This document shows positions 18,256 through 26,664 of a stretch of 32,000 nt of DNA, in pieces (position 1 is the stretch's first letter; every line of letters starts with the position of its first letter). Source of the DNA: Ruminococcus albus 7 = DSM 20455 (GTDB lineage: Bacteria > Bacillota > Clostridia > Oscillospirales > Ruminococcaceae). The stretch lies in assembly GCF_000179635.2 (NCBI RefSeq), contig NC_014833.1:1890001-1922000 (forward strand). The letters run 5' to 3'. Position numbers and translations under genes: made by a program. Below the pieces are notes generated by a model, which saw only the letters and a program-made list of their open reading frames with translations, did no database searches and was not told the origin of the DNA.

Positions 18256-19422
18256 ATGAAGATAGCTGGAGTGATAGCTGAGTATAATCCCTTTCACAAC
18301 GGGCATAAATATCATCTGGAAGAAACGCGGCGTTCAGGTGCAACTCACATCGTAGTCATTATGAGCGGTGCAGCTGTCCAGCGCGGAGAAGCTGCAATTG
18401 CTGACAAGTATTTCAGGGCTAAAACTGCAGTTGAGAACGGAGCTGATCTTGTTATTGAGCTTCCGTGTCCTTACTCCTGTTCGAGTGCGGAACGTTTTGC
18501 CTCAGGTGCGGTGCAGATACTTGCAGGCTTTGGTGAAGACGGAGTTTCAATGCTTTCCTTCGGCTGTGAGGATGCTGACATATCCCTTCTGAACAGGGCT
18601 GCAGAGATCTCCTGTGAGCTTGAAGACTCAGAACGTGTAAAAGAATTGCTGGAGAATGGAGTACCTTACCCTGCGGCTGTAGCATCGGCGTCCGGTATAC
18701 CCGATATAAAGGCTGTATTTGACAGACCCAATAATATGCTGGCGATCGAATATATAAAGGCATTAAAAAAGTATGCTCCGTGGATCACTCCGACAGCCGT
18801 TGGCAGAAAAGGTGTTTCGCATGACAGCGATGAGGTGTGTGAAGGTATAGCAAGTGCATCTTTTATACGTCAGCTTATAAAAGCAGGTACGGACTATTCT
18901 GCGTATGTTCCGAAGATGATGGATAGTGAGCCATTCCTTATGGAATATGCCGATAAGTCATTACTTCTGAAGATTATGACTTCTCCTGTTTCTGATATAC
19001 AGCGCCTTCCGGATATGTCTACACACCTTGCAAGACGGTTCGTAAATACGAGGGGAGCGAAATGTGAACTCATACACTCGGTCTCAGATCTTGCCGAGCA
19101 GTTCAAGCATAAGGCAATTACTCTTGCCAGAGTAAGACGTATGATAATGTATCTTGCACTTGGTGTTACGTCACATGATTTTTTTGATGTACCATACGGA
19201 CGCATACTTGCTCTAAATGATAAGGGGAGAGAAATATTTTCCGCCTGCAGGGGTATGACAATGAAATACTCTACATCTCTGGCTGAACTTGAAAAGCTCT
19301 CGCCTCGAGCAGCCAGGATTTCAGAACTTGAAAGAAATGCCGCAGCATTCCAACAGATGTGTGTCAGCGGAAGACCGGAATTCGTCAGCGAGTATACCAG
19401 AAAGATCGTGTTGACCACATAA
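18256..19422 (+). CDS. tmcAL: tRNA(Met) cytidine acetate ligase (YlbM/TmcAL, UPF0348 nucleotidyltransferase-fold)
   Basis: N-terminus IAGVIAEYNPFHNGHKYHLEE...VIMSG..VQRGE...GADLVIELP matches the YlbM/TmcAL signature as I recall it. 388 aa. GGAGG RBS. Confidence 0.8.
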   Translation: MKIAGVIAEYNPFHNGHKYHLEETRRSGATHIVVIMSGAAVQRGEAAIADKYFRAKTAVENGADLVIELPCPYSCSSAERFASGAVQILAGFGEDGVSMLSFGCEDADISLLNRAAEISCELEDSERVKELLENGVPYPAAVASASGIPDIKAVFDRPNNMLAIEYIKALKKYAPWITPTAVGRKGVSHDSDEVCEGIASASFIRQLIKAGTDYSAYVPKMMDSEPFLMEYADKSLLLKIMTSPVSDIQRLPDMSTHLARRFVNTRGAKCELIHSVSDLAEQFKHKAITLARVRRMIMYLALGVTSHDFFDVPYGRILALNDKGREIFSACRGMTMKYSTSLAELEKLSPRAARISELERNAAAFQQMCVSGRPEFVSEYTRKIVLTT

Positions 19423-19457
19423 TCGTCACGTTAATAGAATGTTTATAAAATAAACTA

Positions 19458-19486
19458 TTGGCAAAAGCTTTGTTTTGTGTTATAAT
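19458..19486 (+). promoter_or_regulatory. Sigma-A type promoter for the ACT/UPF0210 operon
   Basis: TTGGCA (19458-19463), 17-nt spacer ending in TGT, TATAAT (19481-19486). Confidence 0.6.
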
Positions 19487-19527
19487 TAATAGGTTAAATA
19501 AGATATGACTGAAAGGTGGTTTTATAT

Positions 19528-19797
19528 ATGAGAGCAGTTGTTACTGTTATCGGCAAGGATACTGTTGGTATACTTGCAAAAGTAAGCACTAAGTGTGCTG
19601 AACTGAATGCAAACGTTGAGGAGGTCACTCAGTCCGTATTGCAGGAACTTTTTGCTATGATAATGGTAGTTGATATCTCCAAGCTGAATTCTGATTTCGC
19701 TACCCTCAGCGATACTCTGACCGCACTCGGTGATGAACTGGGTGTTAAGGTACACGTAATGCATGAGGATATTTTCAACTGTATGCACCATATTTGA
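19528..19797 (+). CDS. ACT domain protein, UPF0237 family
   Basis: 89 aa. MRAVVTVIGKDTVGILAKVS... is a typical ACT fold start. It lies immediately upstream of a UPF0210 gene, which is a conserved pairing. AAGGTGG lies 8 nt upstream of ATG 19528; the track start at 19516 overlaps the RBS. Confidence 0.85.
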   Translation: MRAVVTVIGKDTVGILAKVSTKCAELNANVEEVTQSVLQELFAMIMVVDISKLNSDFATLSDTLTALGDELGVKVHVMHEDIFNCMHHI

Positions 19798-19815
19798 TAA
19801 GGGGATATCTGTAAT

Positions 19816-21171
19816 ATGATAAATGTATATGACATTCTGGAAACAATACGCATGATTCAGGACGATTGTCTTGATATACGTACCATAACTATGGGCATAT
19901 CCCTGCTTGACTGTATCGACAGTGATATAGATAAAGCTTGCGAAAAAGTCTATGAGAAAATAATTACCAAGGCTAAGGATCTGGTCAAGGTAGGTGAACA
20001 GATCGAGAAGGAACTTGGTATACCGATAATCAATAAGCGTATATCTGTTACTCCCATAGCTATAATCTCAGCTGCCTGCAAGGGTTCGCCTGTTAAGTTC
20101 GCTCATGCTATGGACAGGGCTGCTAAGACTGTTGGTGTTAACCTTATAGGCGGATATTCCGCACTGGTTCCCAAGGGCTTCTCTGCGGGCGATGTTGAGC
20201 TTATAAAGTCCATTCCCGAGGCTCTTGCTACGACCGAGAGAGTATGTTCTTCGGTAAATATAGGTTCTACCAAGACAGGTATCAATCTTGATGCCGTAAA
20301 GATGATGGGCGGCATAATCCGCGAATGTGCAGAAAAGACCGTTGATCAGGCTTGCTTCGGTGCTGCTAAGCTGGTAGTTTTCTGTAATGCAGTTGAGGAC
20401 AACCCCTTTATGGCAGGTGCATTCCACGGTGTTGGTGAACCTGATTGCATGATAAATGTAGGTGTATCCGGACCCGGAGTTGTAAGGGCTGCACTGAAGA
20501 AATATCCCGATGCTGATATCACAGGTATCGCTGACGTTATAAAGGAAATATCCTACAAGATCACCCGCGTTGGTCAGCTTGTTGGTACTATCGCTTCGGA
20601 AAGACTTGGCGTACCTTTTGGTATAGTTGATCTTTCTCTGGCACCTACACCTGCTGTAGGTGACTCTGTTGCCCATATACTTGAGGAAATAGGTCTTGAA
20701 AAGTGCGGTACTCACGGTACTACAGCTTGCCTTGCTATGCTCAACGATGCTGTAAAGAAGGGCGGCGTAATGGCTTGCTCACGTATCGGCGGACTTTCCG
20801 GCGCATTTATACCTGTATCCGAGGATGCCGGCATGATCGCTGCTGCCAAGAGCGGTACTCTGTGCATCGAGAAGCTTGAAGCTATGACCGCAGTATGCTC
20901 TGTTGGTCTTGATATGATAGTTGTTCCCGGTGATACCCCTGCTGATACTCTGTCTGCTATTATTGCTGACGAAGCTGCTATAGGTATGGTCAACTGCAAG
21001 ACAACTGCTGTAAGAGTTATACCTGCGATCGGTAAGGATGTTGGCGATGAGCTTGACTGGGGTGGTCTGTTTGGCTGCGGACCTGTTATGCCGCTCAAAA
21101 AGGAATCTGCAAGCAAGTTCATAAACAGAGGCGGTCAGATACCTGCACCTCTGCATTCACTCAAAAACTAA
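19816..21171 (+). CDS. UPF0210 family protein (DUF711, PFL-like fold)
   Basis: 451 aa. [62 protein letters not shown] and [14 protein letters not shown] match streptococcal UPF0210 proteins along the whole length, from recall. Confidence 0.9.
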   Translation: MINVYDILETIRMIQDDCLDIRTITMGISLLDCIDSDIDKACEKVYEKIITKAKDLVKVGEQIEKELGIPIINKRISVTPIAIISAACKGSPVKFAHAMDRAAKTVGVNLIGGYSALVPKGFSAGDVELIKSIPEALATTERVCSSVNIGSTKTGINLDAVKMMGGIIRECAEKTVDQACFGAAKLVVFCNAVEDNPFMAGAFHGVGEPDCMINVGVSGPGVVRAALKKYPDADITGIADVIKEISYKITRVGQLVGTIASERLGVPFGIVDLSLAPTPAVGDSVAHILEEIGLEKCGTHGTTACLAMLNDAVKKGGVMACSRIGGLSGAFIPVSEDAGMIAAAKSGTLCIEKLEAMTAVCSVGLDMIVVPGDTPADTLSAIIADEAAIGMVNCKTTAVRVIPAIGKDVGDELDWGGLFGCGPVMPLKKESASKFINRGGQIPAPLHSLKN

Positions 21172-21179
21172 GAAACCAC

Positions 21180-21205
21180 GAGGGGCTTTTGTGCCCCTCT
21201 TTTTG
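21180..21205 (+). terminator. Rho-independent terminator after the UPF0210 gene
   Basis: GAGGGGC (21180-21186) pairs with GCCCCTC (21193-21199), followed by TTTTT. Confidence 0.75.
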
Positions 21206-21237
21206 TATACGTACAAATTACTTTTCAAGGAGGGAAT

Positions 21238-22023
21238 ATGAAGCTGAATATGTTCGCGGACTTTACTGCCGCTATACCGCTTGAAGATCGCCTGGCTCTT
21301 ATAAAAGAAAACGGATTTGACGGTGTAATGCTGGGATTTTCCGAAGAATACAAGCATAACCAGTTTGAACTTGCAGACAAAACAGGACTTGCGGTGGAGA
21401 ATGTCCATTCGCCGTTTGACAGAATGAATGCCTTGTGGGATAAACGCAGTGACAGTACCGCTATATATAATCGTACTGCGGATTGTATACGTATTTGCGC
21501 CGAGAATAATGTAAGCCGCATAGTTGTTCATCCCACAGACGGTCTTGTTCCGCCGCAGGTATCTTTGTTTGGTATGAAAAATTTTGACGGTCTGATATCC
21601 ACGGCAGCAAATTATGGGGTGAAGCTGCTTTTTGAAAATATTCAGCTCCCTTCTTTCCTTGATATCCTTTTTGATAAGTTTGGTGTCAGTGAAAGTGTAG
21701 GATTCTGCTATGATATTGGACATGAGAACTGTTTCACAAAAGGTGAAGACAGACTTGTCAAGCACAGCGGACTTCTTGAAGCGCTCCATATCCATGATAA
21801 TGAAGGCAGTTCAGATTCGCATATGCTGCCGTTTGACGGAAATATCGATTATAGCCTGTTCGCTGAAAAGCTGAAAACAATAGGGTATGAAGGTGCGTTG
21901 TCACTGGAGGTGTTCAGGGACAGATCCCGACAGTATACACAAATATCCGCCGATGAGTTTGTTAAAAAGGCAAAGCAGGCGGCAGACAGGCTTGAGTATA
22001 TGTTCACGGAGGGTGAATGTTAA
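21238..22023 (+). CDS. Sugar phosphate isomerase/epimerase (xylose isomerase-like TIM barrel, AP endonuclease 2 family)
   Basis: 261 aa with family-typical motifs VVHP, LLFEN, CYDIGHE and LHIHDN. AAGGAGGG RBS. Confidence 0.75.
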   Translation: MKLNMFADFTAAIPLEDRLALIKENGFDGVMLGFSEEYKHNQFELADKTGLAVENVHSPFDRMNALWDKRSDSTAIYNRTADCIRICAENNVSRIVVHPTDGLVPPQVSLFGMKNFDGLISTAANYGVKLLFENIQLPSFLDILFDKFGVSESVGFCYDIGHENCFTKGEDRLVKHSGLLEALHIHDNEGSSDSHMLPFDGNIDYSLFAEKLKTIGYEGALSLEVFRDRSRQYTQISADEFVKKAKQAADRLEYMFTEGEC

Positions 22024-22871
22024 TGGATAGGATATTGCTTGATATGCATACTCACAGCAGCTATTCTCCCGATGCTGAGGATAGTGCTGAGGCTATGTGT
22101 CTGAAGGCTGCTGAACTGGGTATGTCTGTGTACGCTCTTACCGATCACTGTGATGTGAATTTCTGGGAGGAGGCACCATCGCCTGATACTGTGGATGCGA
22201 TGATGTATGGTGCTGGGAAGTATGCACTTTCGAGCATTACGGAACAGACCGAACTGCGTGAGCGCTTTCGGGGAAGATTGGATATTATAGTAGGAATAGA
22301 GCTTGGTCAGCCGATGCAGAATACAGAAAAGGCAGAACTTATTGTCAATGATCCGCGACTGGATTTTATAATAGGTTCTCACCATATGAATAAGGGCGTA
22401 GATGACTTCTATTATCTTGATTACGGAAAAATGTCCGATGATGAGATACAGAGTCTGCTGAAAGATTGTTTTGAGCAGACTCTTGAAATGTGCCGCAGCG
22501 CTGATATAGATGTGCTTGGACACCTGACATATCCACTGAGGTATATCTGCGGAGAGTATGGCAGGCAGGTGGATATCTCTGGGTATGAAGAAATGATCAG
22601 GGAGATTTTCAGGACACTTATTTCCCGGGGCAAGGGTATTGAGATAAACACATCGGGGCTAAGGCAGAAATACGGCAGGACTTTCCCTGACTTTGAGATC
22701 CTCAAGCTGTACCGTGAACTTGGTGGTGAGATACTGACGGTCGGATCCGATGCTCACAGGACCTCCGATCTTGGAAAGGGTATACCTGAAGGTATAGAGC
22801 TTGCCAGGGCTGCAGGTTTTGAGAAGATAACTTATTTCAAACGACATGAACCTTATTTTTTAAAGCTGTGA
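22023..22871 (+). CDS. PHP-domain phosphatase (HisJ-family histidinol-phosphatase-like)
   Basis: Motifs DMHTHSSYSPDA, LTDH, GIELG, GSHH, LGHLTYP, IEINTSG and GSDAH. The TAATG junction with the upstream gene couples them. The alternative ATG at 22017 lies only 4 nt from GGAGG (22008-22012). Confidence 0.8.
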   Translation: MDRILLDMHTHSSYSPDAEDSAEAMCLKAAELGMSVYALTDHCDVNFWEEAPSPDTVDAMMYGAGKYALSSITEQTELRERFRGRLDIIVGIELGQPMQNTEKAELIVNDPRLDFIIGSHHMNKGVDDFYYLDYGKMSDDEIQSLLKDCFEQTLEMCRSADIDVLGHLTYPLRYICGEYGRQVDISGYEEMIREIFRTLISRGKGIEINTSGLRQKYGRTFPDFEILKLYRELGGEILTVGSDAHRTSDLGKGIPEGIELARAAGFEKITYFKRHEPYFLKL

Positions 22872-23630
22872 TTTTATTTTGTTCAGTGCGTTCTTTTCTA
22901 GCCGTGATACCTGCGCTTGTGATATGCCTATCTCATGTGCCACTTCGACCTGCGTGTGCCCTTTAAAAAATCGCAGGAACAGGATATTCTTTTCTCGCGG
23001 ACGCAGCTCCTTCAATGCTTCTTTCATTGTAAGTTCCTCCAGCCAGCTGCTGTCATCTGTGCTGTCGCATATCTGATCGGCTATACACAGAGGGTCACCG
23101 CCATCGGTATAAACAGGCTCGTATATCGATACAGGATCTGTAACTGATTCAAGTGCAGTGACTATATCTGCGCGCTTCTCGTTGGTGATCTCTGCGATCT
23201 CATCTATTGAAGGTTCTCGCTGCTTTTCTGCGATAAAGCGTTCTTTTGCCTGCATTACTCTGTAAGCCAGATCACGCATCGAACGACTGACGCGTATTGG
23301 TCTGAAATCGCGCATATATCTCTTGATCTCTCCGAGTATCATAGGGACAGCGTAGGTTGAGAATCTGACATTCAATCCGACATCGAAATTGTCAATAGCT
23401 TTGATCAATCCCACGACTCCTACCTGAAAGAGGTCATCGGGGTTTTCTTTTCCTCCTGAGTATTTCTGCAGAACACTCAGCACAAGGCGCAGGTTACCTT
23501 TTATGAGTTTTTCACGGGCGGTTTTGTCACCGTCGGCTGATCTTTTAAGCAGTTCCTGCTTTTCGCTCTCGGTCAGAATCTTCAGATCACCGGTATTTAC
23601 TCCGCTTATCTCGACTTTGTTGTACTGCAT
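22860..23630 (-). CDS. sigG: Sporulation sigma factor SigG (forespore, sigma-70 family group 3)
   Basis: 256 aa. NKVEISGVNT, AREKLIKGNLRLVLSV, DDLFQVG, FSTYAVPMILGEIKRYMRD, PIRVSRS, DGGDP and GISQAQVSRLEK align along the whole length with B. subtilis SigG, from recall. SigF is the closest alternative. GGAGG RBS. Confidence 0.85.
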   Translation of the reverse strand: MQYNKVEISGVNTGDLKILTESEKQELLKRSADGDKTAREKLIKGNLRLVLSVLQKYSGGKENPDDLFQVGVVGLIKAIDNFDVGLNVRFSTYAVPMILGEIKRYMRDFRPIRVSRSMRDLAYRVMQAKERFIAEKQREPSIDEIAEITNEKRADIVTALESVTDPVSIYEPVYTDGGDPLCIADQICDSTDDSSWLEELTMKEALKELRPREKNILFLRFFKGHTQVEVAHEIGISQAQVSRLEKNALNKIKSQL

Positions 23631-23817
23631 TTACGTCCTCCGTTTTTGTTGTTAATTTCAGTTTAAATAAAGTCTGCCCTGCGAAACACAGGTTATTCAC
23701 AATATTTCTGGAATACATATCACACCAATTAACGGTAAATGATCATAAAGATGAATCCCTGATCATATAAAGGAATATCATGTACTAAGAAGTATCTTGG
23801 ATAAGGGAGGCATTTGG

Positions 23818-24117
23818 ATGATCTGCAGTTTTTCAGCACTGAGAAATAAAGAAGTTGTAAATGTAAGGACGGGAGAAAAAATAGGCTATGCGGATGATAT
23901 CGAACTCGATACTGATGATGGAAGGGTGATATCGATAGTATTATATGGCCGCTCCAGGGCTATGGGACTTATGGGAAGAGATGATGATGTGATAATAAGA
24001 TGCAGCGATATAAGACTGATAGGTGAGGATACAATATTGGTAGATATAGGTGATAAGGCAAAATCGTCAAAAGAGCCACAATACAAAATTGATAATTTGG
24101 TGAAAACATCGAGATAA
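23818..24117 (+). CDS. ylmC: YlmC/YmxH family sporulation protein (PRC-barrel)
   Basis: 99 aa. LRNKEVVNVRTGEKIGYADDIELDTDDGRVISIVL...IGEDTILV fits the YlmC/YmxH pattern. GGGAGG lies 7 nt upstream of ATG 23818; the track start at 23797 has no RBS. Confidence 0.8.
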   Translation: MICSFSALRNKEVVNVRTGEKIGYADDIELDTDDGRVISIVLYGRSRAMGLMGRDDDVIIRCSDIRLIGEDTILVDIGDKAKSSKEPQYKIDNLVKTSR

Positions 24118-24123
24118 ATATAC

Positions 24124-24152
24124 TTGCAATTCCGGGAAAAGTGTGTTATAAT
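24124..24152 (+). promoter_or_regulatory. Sigma-A type promoter for rpsB-tsf
   Basis: TTGCAA (24124-24129), 17-nt spacer ending in TGT, TATAAT (24147-24152). Confidence 0.6.
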
Positions 24153-24158
24153 ATTATG

Positions 24159-24324
24159 GTAATTCGCACGGACGAACTATGGCTTTTGGTCCCTATGCGT
24201 AATGGCGTTGCATGACGCTATGTGCCGCTTGCGGCATTCAGCGGGGTTTGAGTCGGCAATATCGTCCGGAGGTTATGTATCATCCGTATAACGGAAATTT
24301 TAAACCAAACAGGAGGTTACTACC
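24159..24324 (+). promoter_or_regulatory. Structured 5' leader of rpsB (candidate S2 autoregulatory element)
   Basis: About 165 nt between promoter and ATG. Long-range stem CGGACGA (24169-24175) pairs with TCGTCCG (24262-24268), enclosing hairpins such as TGCCG-CTTG-CGGCA (24223-24236). An SD-proximal hairpin sits at 24272-24292. Confidence 0.4.
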
Positions 24325-25062
24325 ATGGCAGTAGTATCAATGAAGCAGCTTCTTGAAGCAGGTGTACACTTTGGTCACCAGACAAGAAGATGGAACCCTA
24401 AAATGGCGCCTTACATCTTTACAGAGCGTAACGGCATCTACATTATCGATCTCCAGAAGACAGTTAAGAAGCTCGAAGAGGCTTATATGTTTATCAGAGA
24501 GATCTCCGCAAACGGTCAGGAGGTACTTTTTGTAGGTACCAAGAAGCAGGCTGGCGACTCCATCAAGGAGGAAGCACTGAGAGCTAATGCTCACTATGTA
24601 AACGCTAGATGGCTGGGCGGTATGATGACTAACTTCAAGACCATTGAGCAGAGAATCAAGAGACTTGAGCAGCTGCACGCAATGGAAGAGGACGGCACTT
24701 TCGAGCTGCTCCCCAAGAAGGAAGTTACCAAGCTGAAGCTCGAGATCGAGAAGCTCGAGAAGTTCATGGGCGGTATCAAGAACATGAAGAAGCTCCCCGG
24801 TGCTCTCTTCGTTGTTGACCCCAGAAAGGAAAAGATCGCTGTAGCTGAGGCTAAGAAGCTGGGTATCCCCGTAGTAGCTATCGTAGACACAAACTGTGAT
24901 CCTGACGATGTTGACTATGTTATCCCCGGCAACGATGACGCTATCAGAGCGGTTAAGCTGATCGCAGGCTGCATGGCTAATGCTATCATCGAAGGCAGAC
25001 AGGGCGAGGATGCTACTTCTGCTGAGGAAGCTGAAAAGGCAGAGGCTGAGGACGCTGAGTAA
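24325..25062 (+). CDS. rpsB: 30S ribosomal protein S2
   Basis: [22 protein letters not shown]... is the canonical S2 N-terminus. AGGAGG lies 8 nt upstream. Confidence 0.97.
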   Translation: MAVVSMKQLLEAGVHFGHQTRRWNPKMAPYIFTERNGIYIIDLQKTVKKLEEAYMFIREISANGQEVLFVGTKKQAGDSIKEEALRANAHYVNARWLGGMMTNFKTIEQRIKRLEQLHAMEEDGTFELLPKKEVTKLKLEIEKLEKFMGGIKNMKKLPGALFVVDPRKEKIAVAEAKKLGIPVVAIVDTNCDPDDVDYVIPGNDDAIRAVKLIAGCMANAIIEGRQGEDATSAEEAEKAEAEDAE

Positions 25063-25090
25063 TTTCTCAGCTGAAGAATACAGAATTTTT

Positions 25091-25123
25091 CAAGGCAGGC
25101 AATAAGTTGATTTGTCTGCCTTG
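25091..25123 (+). terminator. Intergenic hairpin between rpsB and tsf (possible partial terminator/attenuator)
   Basis: CAAGGCAG (25091-25098) pairs with CTGCCTTG (25116-25123), followed by a weak T-rich TTGTTGTG. Confidence 0.3.
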
Positions 25124-25158
25124 TTGTGAGTAATATAACAGAATCGGAGGAATTTAAA

Positions 25159-26076
25159 ATGGCTAACGTTACAGTTCAGGCTATAAAGGAACTTATGAGC
25201 ATTACAGGCGTCGGCATGATGGACTGCAAGAGAGCACTCGTTGCAGCTGACGGCGATCAGGATAAGGCTATCGAGGCACTGAGAGAAAAGGGCCTTGCTA
25301 CACAGGCTAAGAAGAGCGGCAGAGCTGCTGCTGAAGGCGTTGTTGCTACTGTTGTTAACAACGGCGTAGGTGTTATGGTAGAGATCAACACCGAGACTGA
25401 CTTCGCTGCTAACACAGACGATTTCAAGGCTTTCGCTGCAAGCGTTGCTAATACTATCGTTGAAAAGAACCCTGCTGACGTTGATGCTCTGAAGGCAACC
25501 ACTATCAGCGGCGGCGACAAGACTGTTGACGAAGTTCTGACTGAGCTCGCAGGCATGAAGATCAGAGAGAACATCGTTATCCGTCGTTTCGTTAGACTGG
25601 AAGGTACTGTTGCTTCTTACGTTCACAACGGCGGCAGCATCGGCGTTCTGGTTAAGATGGATACCGATATCAAGGACGATGCAGTTCTGACTGTTGGTAA
25701 GGACGTTGCAATGCAGTCCGCAGCTCTGAACCCTGCTTACCTCAAGAGAGACGAAGTTCCCGCTGAGGTTCTCGATAAGGAGAAGGAGATCATGATGGCT
25801 CAGATGGCTGAGGATCCTAAGATGGCTAACAAGCCTGAGCAGGTAAGAGCTAAGATCGTTGAAGGCAAGGTAGGCAAGTACTACAAGGAGAACTGTCTGC
25901 TGGAACAGGCTTTCGTAAAGGACGACAAGGTTTCCGTACAGGAGTACGTTGCAGCTGAGGCTAAGAAGCTGGGCGGCAGCATCACTGTTGCTGAAGTTGT
26001 TCGTTTCGAGAGAGGCGAGGGCGTTGAGAAGAAGGAAGAGAACTTCGCAGACGAGATCGCAAGCATGATCAAGTAA
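25159..26076 (+). CDS. tsf: Elongation factor Ts
   Basis: MANVTVQAIKELMSITGVGMMDCKRALV is the canonical EF-Ts UBA-like N-terminus. GGAGG lies 8 nt upstream of ATG 25159; the track start at 25126 is over-extended. Confidence 0.95.
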   Translation: MANVTVQAIKELMSITGVGMMDCKRALVAADGDQDKAIEALREKGLATQAKKSGRAAAEGVVATVVNNGVGVMVEINTETDFAANTDDFKAFAASVANTIVEKNPADVDALKATTISGGDKTVDEVLTELAGMKIRENIVIRRFVRLEGTVASYVHNGGSIGVLVKMDTDIKDDAVLTVGKDVAMQSAALNPAYLKRDEVPAEVLDKEKEIMMAQMAEDPKMANKPEQVRAKIVEGKVGKYYKENCLLEQAFVKDDKVSVQEYVAAEAKKLGGSITVAEVVRFERGEGVEKKEENFADEIASMIK

Positions 26077-26098
26077 TTGATATTACTTCAATAAATAT

Positions 26099-26135
26099 GA
26101 CCGCAGCATATTTCGGTATGCTGCGGTCTTTTTGT
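26099..26135. terminator. Rho-independent terminator after tsf (hairpin shared with the convergent ORF 26159-26626)
   Basis: 12-bp stem GACCGCAGCATA (26099-26110) pairs with TATGCTGCGGTC (26117-26128), followed by TTTTTGT. Confidence 0.8.
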
Positions 26136-26158
26136 ATTATCTATGGTCAGAAGATATC

Positions 26159-26626
26159 TCAGAAACTGCGTTTTACTTGATAGAACTCTAGTTTTTCTGT
26201 GTCATTGTCAATATCATAAAGAAAATGCGCTGTCATATGGGTTTTGATATGATGCTCTGAATATTTTTCTCTTTTGGGATCTTCTGCGAAATAGATCGGC
26301 ATTCTGAAATCAGCGATCATGAAATTTAATGATACGGTATTCGTTCCCTCAATTTTTGCATCTTCGATAAGCTTATTCTCGTATATAAATGATCGAACAT
26401 CTTTTTCCAGTTCTTCCTGTGAGTCGGGTACTTTTTGGATGAAGAAATATGTTTCATAGAGATATCCTTCATCTTCGTCTCCCCAGATATGATGTGATTT
26501 CGGTATTTCAAAAATATTGTCTTTAAAATGATTGTAGAATGTCAGGTCACGAATAATAAAACTGATTAGAAATATAAATAATATTACGATGACGATTCTT
26601 TTCAATATCTTTTTCATTTTAGGCAT
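26159..26626 (-). CDS. Hypothetical membrane-anchored protein (155 aa), AT-rich orphan
   Basis: N-terminal MPKMKKILKRIVIVILFIFLISFII (basic residues then a hydrophobic helix). GGAG RBS. It starts 38 nt downstream of dprA. About 23-30% GC in sampled rows. I recognise no family. Confidence 0.6.
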   Translation of the reverse strand: MPKMKKILKRIVIVILFIFLISFIIRDLTFYNHFKDNIFEIPKSHHIWGDEDEGYLYETYFFIQKVPDSQEELEKDVRSFIYENKLIEDAKIEGTNTVSLNFMIADFRMPIYFAEDPKREKYSEHHIKTHMTAHFLYDIDNDTEKLEFYQVKRSF

Positions 26627-26664
26627 GAAAGATCTCCGTTTCTTTGAAGAGTATTTTTTTCTGT

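Noticed and set aside
21157-21795. A 212-aa minus-strand ORF overlapping the isomerase-like gene. Similar antisense ORFs occur at 13820-14335, 15658-16209, 16215-16662, 18894-19418, 20068-20715 and 22020-22523.
   Set aside because: Each is antisense to a plus-strand gene with clear conserved motifs (TIM-barrel isomerase, ftsH, ymdB, spoVS, tmcAL, UPF0210, PHP). None has a convincing RBS or family signature.
23631-23796. Forespore (sigma-F/sigma-G) promoter for sigG, mother-cell promoter for ylmC, and a near-duplicate TGATCATAAAG / TGATCATATAAAG pair around 23739-23775.
   Set aside because: The candidate -35 and -10 strings (GTATT, GAATAAC, CATATAAA) do not sit at consensus spacing or match the consensus well enough to call by eye. 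The short repeat is AT-rich and could be chance.
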